Source of the DNA: an uncultured bacterium
GTDB taxonomy: Bacteria > Electryoneota > Electryoneia > Electryoneales > Electryoneaceae
Assembly: GCA_964538455.1 (NCBI GenBank)
Contig: CAZIDZ010000010.1
Span: 12,239 to 76,238 of the forward strand
DNA length: 64,000 nucleotides
Reading direction: 5' to 3'
In this document: positions 1-7,745 of the stretch, in pieces
How the letters are laid out: the number at the start of each line of letters is the position of its first letter
Numbering within the stretch: the stretch's first letter is position 1
Translations under genes and position numbers: made by a program
Notes under the pieces: model-generated
The model's input: only the letters and a program-made list of their open reading frames with translations
Told to the model about the DNA's origin: nothing
Databases searched by the model: none

Positions 1-407
1 AGGCGTTGCGTGACGAGACCAAGGTAAAGTCCTACCTGTTTTCGATCGCGCACAACCTGATGGTCAACCACGTTCGCAAGCTGCAGCCGGATTCCGCTTC
101 GAGCCTGACGGGTGCGGACGGATCGAACCCGCTCGAACGAATGGTCGACGAGGGGACGGTTTCCCCCGAGCTGGAGGCCGAAGCGAACGACTTGAACGGG
201 GCCGTTGGAGCGGTCCTTGAAACCCTGCACGAGCGGTACCAGGTCGCGTTCCGGCTGGGAGTGATGGAAGGGCGGGCCTACAGCGACATCGCCAGGACAA
301 CCGGGTGGAACCTGGCGCAGGTGAAGATCAACGTCCACCGTGCCCGGCGGAAGGTGATCGACCACCTGAGAGACCGAGGATTTCTGGATGTGGAGTTAGA
401 GTCATGA
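1..407 (+). CDS. ECF-type sigma-70 factor, partial (5' end outside window)
   Basis: C-terminal sigma-70 region 4 helix-turn-helix (RLGVMEGRAYSDIARTTGWNLAQVKINVHRARRKV). The reading frame is open to the window start. The stop at 405-407 overlaps the next gene's ATG (ATGA). Confidence 0.8.
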   Translation, partial: ALRDETKVKSYLFSIAHNLMVNHVRKLQPDSASSLTGADGSNPLERMVDEGTVSPELEAEANDLNGAVGAVLETLHERYQVAFRLGVMEGRAYSDIARTTGWNLAQVKINVHRARRKVIDHLRDRGFLDVELES

Positions 408-1057
408 AGACTGAACAGCGCGAACGATTTGAAGCGGACCTTTCCGCGATCGTGGATGGCGAGCTGGACGGAGAACCGTTGCGGCGTGCGGTTGACGCTC
501 TGGCCGTTTCTCCCGAACTGCGCCGATTCTGGGCGGAGTCCCGTGAGCTTCAGACGAGCCTGCGCGCGGGCAAAGAGGACCGCGCGGGAGTCACGCCCCG
601 GGAAGGGCTCTGGGATGTGATCGAAGCGAAGGCAAAGCCTCCCGCACGGACCTTCGCACTCGGCCATGTTCCGACCCGCGCCTGGGCGGCGGCCGCAACG
701 ATTCTGATCGCAATCAGCCTGGCGCTCTCCGGCTTTCTGAAGGTGGACATTCCGGCTTTTCACAGTCCAGAGCGAACTGTCCAGCTGGCCGGCGATCCTG
801 GTTCGATGACAGAAGACCGTTTTCTTGAACTGACGACGGAGTTGCTCAAGGCTGACCCACGTTACCAGCGGAAGATGCTGGAGGTGATGCAGGTCGTGAA
901 TCAGCAGGCCTACGGATTTCAGACGGGTGAGCGGCAGGGACGCGGCGAACCACTGCGGGATCATGCCGCGGAACAGCCGCCCTCCAATACACAGACTGCG
1001 TCGACCCCGGCGCAGCCCACTGCCACTCGTGACAACGTTGAGCTAACGCTTTGGTAG
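404..1057 (+). CDS. anti-sigma factor (RseA-like N-terminal domain, single transmembrane helix)
   Basis: The start overlaps the sigma gene stop. The N-terminus FEADLSAIVDGELDGEPLRRAV...RRFWAESRELQ resembles anti-sigma N-domains. It has one hydrophobic helix (AWAAAATILIAISLALSGFL) and a Pro/Thr/Gln-rich C-terminus. Confidence 0.6.
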   Translation: MKTEQRERFEADLSAIVDGELDGEPLRRAVDALAVSPELRRFWAESRELQTSLRAGKEDRAGVTPREGLWDVIEAKAKPPARTFALGHVPTRAWAAAATILIAISLALSGFLKVDIPAFHSPERTVQLAGDPGSMTEDRFLELTTELLKADPRYQRKMLEVMQVVNQQAYGFQTGERQGRGEPLRDHAAEQPPSNTQTASTPAQPTATRDNVELTLW

Positions 1058-1096
1058 TTGATAGCACGGGGAGCGATTCCCCGCGAAAGGAGCAGA

Positions 1097-2572
1097 ATGA
1101 TGGTGCGCACACGCACGCTAACGGCGATCCTGGTTTCCACCGTGACTGCAGCCCTACTGCTGAGCGCCGCCCCGGCACAGGCAAAACATGACAGGCAGGG
1201 GTATATCTACGGAAAAGTGACCACGCGTTCGGGTAACGTCTACACGGGCCTGCTCCGTTGGGATACCGAGGAAGCGTTCTGGGATGATCTCTTCCACTCG
1301 TACAAGGAGACCCGCCCCTACACCGAGTCCATGGAGAAAATAGAGAGATCGGGAAGCGGGAATCGGCGCGACATGGAACAGCAACTGCGGGCGCTGGTAC
1401 GCGAGGAAGAGCGGCTTTCACGTGAAGAGGAAGCCCTCGCGGAGAAGGAAGAAAAAGCCAAGGACGAAGACACCCGTGCGACGTACTCAGATCGCCGATC
1501 GGAGAAGGCATCGGAGCGTTACAGCGTGAGTGAGGAACGTTCCGAACTGGAACGTCAACTCGCTCGCGCAAAAGTCGCAGAAATGGGGCGTAAGATTTCG
1601 GTCCTCGGCGGCGCGATCAAGATCAACGTTGGCGACTGGACCAGTTCGCGGATTTTAATCGCCCGTTTCGGCGACATCAAGAAGATTACGGTGATCGGCA
1701 GCGAGGACGCCGAACTGCTGATGAAGAGCGGGACGACGTACACGGTTTCCGGCTATTCAAACGACGTCGGCGGAACGATACGCATCCGTGACAACAGCAT
1801 TGGGGACATCGCCCTCGAATGGCGGAAAATCGACACGATCGAGTTCATGGACACGCCGAAAACGGTCAAGCCCGAGGGGTATCGTCTTTCGGGGACTGTG
1901 ACCGCGGACGGCGTCGACTACAGGGGGTACATCCAGTGGGACAGCGAGGAGTGCCTCTCCTCGGACAAACTTGACGGAGATTCGGACGATGGCAGACTCG
2001 CCATCGATTTCGGCAACATCCGCAGCATCGAGCGCAGGAGCCGCAGCAGTTCCTGGGTGACGCTGAAGGACGGCCGCAAGCTTTCACTCGAGGGCACGAA
2101 CGATGTAGACGGCTCGATCCGCGGAATCATGGTCGAGGACGAACGGTACGGCCGTCTCAAGGTGCCGTGGGAAGCGTTCGAGAAAGCTGTGTTCAACGAC
2201 CAGGGCGAGAGCGGCCGGGCCTACAGCGACTATGCGGGACAGCGCAGGCTGGAGGGCACGGTCAAGAACATGGACGGGCAAACGTACACCGGCAAACTCG
2301 TTTTCGACCTTGATGAAGGCGAGACCTGGGAAATCCTGAACGGTGACGTGTTCGACATCGAGTTCAACATCCCCTTCGATCTGGTCAAGGAGATTCAGCC
2401 GCGCAGCCGCAACAGCTCCACCGTCACGCTGACAACGGGCGAATCCCTTCGTCTCGAAGGCGGGCAGGATGTTTCCCAGGCGAACGATGGCATGCTGATC
2501 TTCGACAAAGGCGAGAAAGAAGATCCAACCTACGTCCCATGGGGTGAAGTGGAAACGATCACCTTCAAGTAG
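1097..2572 (+). CDS. secreted hypothetical protein with three ~130-aa internal repeats and an inserted charged coiled-coil
   Basis: RBS AAAGGAG lies 6 nt upstream of ATG 1097. The signal peptide is MMVRTRTLTAILVSTVTAALLLSAAPAQA. The repeated motif G.V...G..Y.G...WD.EE occurs three times (YIYGKVTTRSGNVYTGLLRWDTEE / RLSGTVTADGVDYRGYIQWDSEE / RLEGTVKNMDGQTYTGKLVFDLDEGE). There is an E/R/K-rich stretch of about 90 aa. Confidence 0.6.
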   Translation: MMVRTRTLTAILVSTVTAALLLSAAPAQAKHDRQGYIYGKVTTRSGNVYTGLLRWDTEEAFWDDLFHSYKETRPYTESMEKIERSGSGNRRDMEQQLRALVREEERLSREEEALAEKEEKAKDEDTRATYSDRRSEKASERYSVSEERSELERQLARAKVAEMGRKISVLGGAIKINVGDWTSSRILIARFGDIKKITVIGSEDAELLMKSGTTYTVSGYSNDVGGTIRIRDNSIGDIALEWRKIDTIEFMDTPKTVKPEGYRLSGTVTADGVDYRGYIQWDSEECLSSDKLDGDSDDGRLAIDFGNIRSIERRSRSSSWVTLKDGRKLSLEGTNDVDGSIRGIMVEDERYGRLKVPWEAFEKAVFNDQGESGRAYSDYAGQRRLEGTVKNMDGQTYTGKLVFDLDEGETWEILNGDVFDIEFNIPFDLVKEIQPRSRNSSTVTLTTGESLRLEGGQDVSQANDGMLIFDKGEKEDPTYVPWGEVETITFK

Positions 2573-2595
2573 CCGGAGCACCCTGGAGCCGGGGT

Positions 2596-3393
2596 GTGAT
2601 GGGGAAAGCCGGATATCCCGCAGGGGATATCCGGCTTTGGTTGTCGGGCCCATCTCTGTCGCAGTTGATGCGGGCTCACGGAAAGGGTACCTTTGAACAG
2701 GAGACCATGGATGCCTGCCGGGAGGCTATCATGGACACCATTCGCAGCGATCTCGTGCTGCTTGGCATCGACCCCCGCCGTCCACGTCTGCGCGGAAGTT
2801 ACCTCTCCTTTGCGCTTGCGGGCAGCTTGCTCATCGATTTGAATTCGAGCGAAAAGGTGCGGATCGGCGAAAAGGACATCGTCGAAAGGACCGATTCCTC
2901 GCCACCCGAAAACGAACTCGCCGCGGAAGCCCTGGCGCTCATCTACACAGCGAAGAAACCCAAGCCCGCCTCTCACTGGATCAGTGTGTTCGCGAGCCGC
3001 ATTCCGCACCTCGTGGAGCGGTCCGCCGATCCGCTCGTTTCAACAGGCATCCTCCGTATCAAACGGCGCCGCTGGCTGGGAGTGATTCCCTATCGAGTCT
3101 TCGAACTGATGGACAGGAGCCGCTGCGAGCGGCGCGTTGCCGACCTGCTCGACGTGCTTCGAGGGCGGCGCGACCCCGACCCCGAAACGATCCACCTGAT
3201 CCAGTTGGCCCACGCCGCCGGTTTGCTGATTTCCTGGCTGCCGAAGGACGAAAAGAAACAGCTGCTCAACCGACTAAAGCAATTCGGCCGCGACGAAACA
3301 GTGGGGAAGGCGGTTGATGCGGCGACAGCCGCGATCGCGGCTTCCGTAGCAACCACCGTTGCGATTACCGCTGTAACCGCCGGCACGGACTGA
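2596..3393 (+). CDS. GPP34/GOLPH3-like family protein (tentative)
   Basis: Pattern DLVLLGIDP...LSFALAGSLLIDL...ETIHLIQLAHAAGLL resembles the bacterial GPP34 family. The C-terminus is Ala/Thr/Val-rich. Assignment is by recall only. Confidence 0.4.
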   Translation: MMGKAGYPAGDIRLWLSGPSLSQLMRAHGKGTFEQETMDACREAIMDTIRSDLVLLGIDPRRPRLRGSYLSFALAGSLLIDLNSSEKVRIGEKDIVERTDSSPPENELAAEALALIYTAKKPKPASHWISVFASRIPHLVERSADPLVSTGILRIKRRRWLGVIPYRVFELMDRSRCERRVADLLDVLRGRRDPDPETIHLIQLAHAAGLLISWLPKDEKKQLLNRLKQFGRDETVGKAVDAATAAIAASVATTVAITAVTAGTD

Positions 3394-3490
3394 CGCCCAT
3401 TCCAGGCAGCAAAATGCACCAAGCGTCTAAACTGCGCCTGGTGCATCTTTCTACGGTCGAGCGACTCACGGGTGAAATAAAGACCGACTT

Positions 3491-3844
3491 TTACCCTTCT
3501 TCATCCTGAGTTTCCTCGTCGGGAGGAAGTGAAGGCAAGAGCAGGGTTCCACGCCTGTCTCCCCCCCGCCGCGGGACACGGTAACCCGGAGAGGATTCCG
3601 CGAGCTGGGATGCCTCTTTCTCTTCCCCCGGGAGAAAGGTGACAGCAACCGACTGACCCTCAGAAATCAACGCCTGCTCGAGTTGCCGTACTACATTCGA
3701 CACGAGATCCCAGATTCGCCAATACAACTCGAGAAGAGCGGCCGACTCCTTTTCCTTAAGAGCTAACTCATTGATACTATTTTCCATAACATGGAGAAGT
3801 CGCCGTGCCTCAATCGCTTCGTCCACAGCGCGTAGGAAACCCAT
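3491..3844 (-). CDS. small acidic hypothetical protein (117 aa)
   Basis: ATG (MGFLRAVDEAI...) is preceded by AGGAG. The C-terminus is acidic (DEETQDEEG). I chose this internal start over the longer track ORF 3491..4105. Confidence 0.35.
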   Translation of the reverse strand: MGFLRAVDEAIEARRLLHVMENSINELALKEKESAALLELYWRIWDLVSNVVRQLEQALISEGQSVAVTFLPGEEKEASQLAESSPGYRVPRRGGDRRGTLLLPSLPPDEETQDEEG

Positions 3845-4078
3845 GCGTACTCCTGTATCGAAAAATGGCTCACGTTTTTGTTCAGCGAATGCACTCTTGG
3901 GGCATGAATAAGATACGCGCTGAATCCCAAAAATCCAAAACGGAACGTGATTGTGCTCCGCTCGCACTTTCCTCCCGATCCCTTGCCGACAACAACCATT
4001 TTGTATATTCGAATTCCGCCAGGGAACCCTTCCTGTGGGAGACGAGCAACGAGACAGCAGGCGAATAATGAGGGTGCG

Positions 4079-5209
4079 ATGACGGCCAAAAACGCCAAAT
4101 CCCACTACAAACTCACCCAGTTTACACGGTGCGCCGGTTGAGCCAGCAAGCTTGATCCGGCGGTGCTGGATCGCCTGTTGACAAAACTGCCCCGGAACGA
4201 ACGGGTGGAAGTGATGGTGGATGCCTCGACACTGGACGATGCGGGAGTGTACCGTCTATCGGACGATCTCGCCCTCGTACAGACAGTGGATTTCTTTACC
4301 CCGATCGTGGATAACCCCTTCGACTACGGGAGGATCGCGGCGGCCAACAGTCTTTCGGACATCTACGCGATGGGAGCCGTTCCCCTGACCGCGCTGAACA
4401 TTCTCGCTTTTCCAGCAGACAAGCTCGACGAAGAGGCGCTTGCGGAAATATTTCTCGGCAGCCAGCAGATTTGTGAAGAGGCCGGGGTAGCCGTACTCGG
4501 CGGGCACTCGGTGACAGACAACGAATTGAAATTCGGGCTTGCGGTAACCGGTACAGTTCATCCGGATCGAATCCTTCGCAACGACGGCGCAAAACCGGGA
4601 GACGTCCTTATCCTGACGAAACCCCTTGGCACCGGCCTGATCGCCAACGCGCTGATGAACGGAGCTGCGGCAGAAGAATACATTGACGCCATGGTGCAGA
4701 GCATGACGCGGCTCAACCGTTTCGCTTCGGAACAGGCGCTGAAGGCAGCCGCCGACGCCGCCACCGACGTTACAGGTTTCGGGCTGTTCGGCCACGCGGG
4801 TGAAATGGCCAAGGCCTCGAACGTGAGCATCCTGTTCTGCGCAGAAACGTTGCCGCTGCTTCCCGGCGCGTTCGACATCGCGTCGAGCAAATCGTATTAC
4901 AGCGCGGGAGAAAGAAGAAACCAGGAGTTTTTGAAGGCGAACACGCTGGTCGAGGAGGATGTGGCGGAGCCTTTCCAGCGCATCGTGTCGGATCCCCAGA
5001 CATCCGGAGGCCTGCTGATCTCGCTGACGGCCGCCAGGGCGGATGCCCTGATTCGAGAGCTGGAAGCTCACGGTGAACCCGCCTGGCGCATCGGAATGGT
5101 AATCCCGGAGCAGAGCGATTACCGACTGCGGTTGATCGCCGGAGCTGAACGTGAAAGCTGGGAGAGACTGACCGAACTGGCCGCGAACGCGATGAAGGAG
5201 GATGCATGA
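4079..5209 (+). CDS. selD: selenide, water dikinase (selenophosphate synthetase), a selenoprotein with in-frame UGA-Sec at 4139-4141
   Basis: Joining track ORFs 3947..4141 and 4163..5209 in one frame gives MTAKNAKSHYKLTQFTRCAG-U-ASKLDPAVLDRLL. This aligns to the E. coli / H. influenzae SelD N-terminus RLTQYSHGAG(C/U)GCKISPKVL. Downstream is the typical SelD core VQTVDFFTPIVDNPFDYGRIAAANSLSDIYAMGAVP. The RBS is GAGGGTG. Confidence 0.85.
4143..4169 (+). promoter_or_regulatory. putative bacterial SECIS hairpin immediately 3' of the selD UGA
   Basis: CCAGCA-(15 nt)-UGCUGG stem-loop begins 2 nt after the UGA codon. Confidence 0.4.
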
Positions 5210-6213
5210 ATCACACTCCCGCCCGCATCCTGATCGCTGACGACGACCCGGCGACCCTGGACCTGCTCAACGAGATGATCAAGAATCTGGGGTACCAGCC
5301 GCAACTCGCCTCCAACGGTGAAGAGGCGCTGGAACTGCTGCGCGAGAGCCCTCCGGACCTGGTGCTCTCCGACGTAATGATGCCCCGGATGGACGGATTC
5401 GACCTCTGCAAGAAGATCAAGTCGGAACGTAACACACGGCTGATTCCGGTTGTACTGCTCACCGGGCTGGGCAGCACTGAAGACCGCGTGATGGGCATCG
5501 AAGCGGGCGCAGACGATTTTATCAGCAAGCCCTTTCATCTATCCGAACTTTCCGCCCGTGTCCATTCGCTGCTGAAACTGAAACAGTTCACCGACGACCT
5601 CGAACACGCCGAAGAGGTGATTTTCTCGCTCGCACTCGCGGTGGAGGCCAAAGACCCCTATACGCAGGGTCACTGCGCGCGCCTCTCTCATTACTCGGTC
5701 GTTCTCGGGCGGCGACTCGGATACGGGGAGGACGAGCTGCAATCGTTTCGCAGAGGCGGCATCCTTCACGACATCGGAAAAATCGGCATCCCGGAGACGA
5801 TCCTGCTGAAGCCGGGGCCTCTGTCCACCGAAGAGACGACCGTGATGCGCGCCCATCCGCTAAAGGGCGAAGAAATCTGCAAGCCGCTGCGGAGCCTGCA
5901 CAAAGCCCTCCCGATCATTCGCAATCACCATGAGCACTGTGATGGAAACGGATATCCGGACGGCCTCACGGGAGAACAAATCCCGATCGGAGCAAGAATC
6001 ATTGCGGCGGTCGATTACTTCGACGCGCTGGTCACCGATCGGCCGTATCGGCAGGCATTGTCCATCGACGAAGCCTTGAAGATGCTGCACGAGGCCGTAA
6101 ACTCCGGACACCTCGATCCACAGGTCGTACGGGAACTCGTCGTGATGATCAGCACGATCGGCGACTCCTGGGTGTCCCGCGTTAAAAACTCGATCCACTC
6201 GTTCCATGCCTGA
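5206..6213 (+). CDS. response regulator with HD-GYP phosphodiesterase output domain (RpfG-like)
   Basis: REC domain (ILIADDDP...LVLSDVMMP...ISKPF) followed by HD-GYP motifs (HDIGKIGIP, HHEHCDGNGYPDGL). The ATG overlaps the selD stop (ATGA). Confidence 0.85.
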   Translation: MNHTPARILIADDDPATLDLLNEMIKNLGYQPQLASNGEEALELLRESPPDLVLSDVMMPRMDGFDLCKKIKSERNTRLIPVVLLTGLGSTEDRVMGIEAGADDFISKPFHLSELSARVHSLLKLKQFTDDLEHAEEVIFSLALAVEAKDPYTQGHCARLSHYSVVLGRRLGYGEDELQSFRRGGILHDIGKIGIPETILLKPGPLSTEETTVMRAHPLKGEEICKPLRSLHKALPIIRNHHEHCDGNGYPDGLTGEQIPIGARIIAAVDYFDALVTDRPYRQALSIDEALKMLHEAVNSGHLDPQVVRELVVMISTIGDSWVSRVKNSIHSFHA

Positions 6214-7657
6214 ACCGAATTCCGCAAGTAGCCGTTCCGTCCGTGCCATTTTCGACATCGGCTCGAATGCCGTCAAGTTCACCGCGCTGTCGTTTTCCGG
6301 AAAAGAAACTCGCGAACTCTTTGACCTCGAACGGATCACCCGCTTGGCGGCCGGACTGCTCGAAGACGGGAATCTCGGTTCGGACTCGGTCGATCGAACC
6401 GTGGAAGCTGCAAACGAGCTCCTCGCGGAGACCGGATTTCACCCGCAGGACGCGGACGCTGTTGGCACCTGGATATTCAGGAACGCCGGCAACGCGAAGA
6501 ATGTCGCGAAAAGGTTTCGCGAGGAGACTGGTCTTCGACTGCGCATCTTCTCTGAATCCGAGGAGGCGAGCGCTGGTTTCGTTGCAGCACGGGGCGAATT
6601 TGGAGACGGCGGCCCGATCGCCACTCTGGATCACGGCGGCGGATCGACCGACCTGGCGTGGGGTTCGGGTCCTGTTCCGGCGCACACCCTCTCGCTTCCA
6701 ATCGGGGCACGCCGGCTTGCCCGCCGAATTCCCCTCAGCGATCCGCCCACTTTTGAAGAGATTAACCGTGTGCGCTACGAGGCGCGATCCGCGCTCGAGG
6801 AGATTGCTCCGTTGGAGGCGGAAACCCGCCTTGTTCTGATCGGTGGCGCGGCTGCCGCATTTTCCTTTCTCGCACGCCATTTCTGGCCCGGAAGCGGAGA
6901 ACGGGCTCAAACGCTGACCCCGGAAGCGCTGGATGTTCTGCTGCAGAAGCTCGGAAGAATGACCCTGTCGGAACGCAAGGAGGCGATGGCTCCGTGGCAC
7001 GAGGAGCGGGCAGATGTGATCGTTCATTCCGCCGCTGCGATGCGCGAGATCATCGGCGGCCTGGGGCAAGACACCGCTTATCTCTCACTACGCGGCGTCG
7101 GGCATGGCGTGCTGCTCAGCGACCGGCATGGAATCCCCCTCGACCTCGACGCGCCGAAGATCGTTCTGTCCCACACAGAGTTCCGCCCGTTGAATCGGTC
7201 CGGGCGCCGGGGCGAGGTCCTGTTCGCCCTCGTCCGTGACGACGGCTCAGTCTGGTTGCAGCGGAAGGTTTCCTACCCGGAGGGCGTTTTCCGGCTTCCC
7301 GGCGGGGGAATCGACAAAGGAGAGTCGCCAGCGGAAGCGGTGCTGCGTGAAATGGCCGAGGAGACAGGACTGGAGGACGCTCGGCCCCATATCATCGGCC
7401 GCATCACCTACCGGAAACCGGACAGCGCGGCGATCGATTTTCACAGCGACCTCTTCCTTGTGTTCAGTGGAGAATACGTTCCAACGACGAAGGATAAGCA
7501 CGAGGATGTCGCGGCGTGGCTCGCGTGTCCGCACCGGGAGCTACTGCAACACGAGAACAACTTGTTGCACTTGGATGAGCCGCGCAGCGTATGGGGCACA
7601 TTTCGCGCGGCGGCTCTTGCCTACCTGAGGACGGTCATGGCTCGCCACGTACTGTAG
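6206..7657 (+). CDS. Ppx/GppA-family phosphatase fused to a C-terminal Nudix hydrolase domain
   Basis: The N-terminus RAIFDIGSNAVKFTALS resembles the Ppx/GppA sugar-kinase-like fold. The C-terminus has a perfect Nudix box GGGIDKGESPAEAVLREMAEETGL (GX5EX7REUXEEXGU). The start overlaps the upstream stop. Confidence 0.7.
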   Translation: MPEPNSASSRSVRAIFDIGSNAVKFTALSFSGKETRELFDLERITRLAAGLLEDGNLGSDSVDRTVEAANELLAETGFHPQDADAVGTWIFRNAGNAKNVAKRFREETGLRLRIFSESEEASAGFVAARGEFGDGGPIATLDHGGGSTDLAWGSGPVPAHTLSLPIGARRLARRIPLSDPPTFEEINRVRYEARSALEEIAPLEAETRLVLIGGAAAAFSFLARHFWPGSGERAQTLTPEALDVLLQKLGRMTLSERKEAMAPWHEERADVIVHSAAAMREIIGGLGQDTAYLSLRGVGHGVLLSDRHGIPLDLDAPKIVLSHTEFRPLNRSGRRGEVLFALVRDDGSVWLQRKVSYPEGVFRLPGGGIDKGESPAEAVLREMAEETGLEDARPHIIGRITYRKPDSAAIDFHSDLFLVFSGEYVPTTKDKHEDVAAWLACPHRELLQHENNLLHLDEPRSVWGTFRAAALAYLRTVMARHVL

Positions 7658-7745
7658 CGAGGGTACACGCCTCTCAGACCGGCGAGTGTGGATGAAGCCC
7701 ACCCGCCAGCGAACGCTCCCATCTGGACTAGCCTGCCTTCACCAA

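Noticed and set aside
3805-4068. 87-aa + ORF across the divergent promoter region upstream of selD.
   Set aside because: It overlaps the start of the minus-strand small gene and the AT-richer promoter region. It has no RBS and no recognisable domains.
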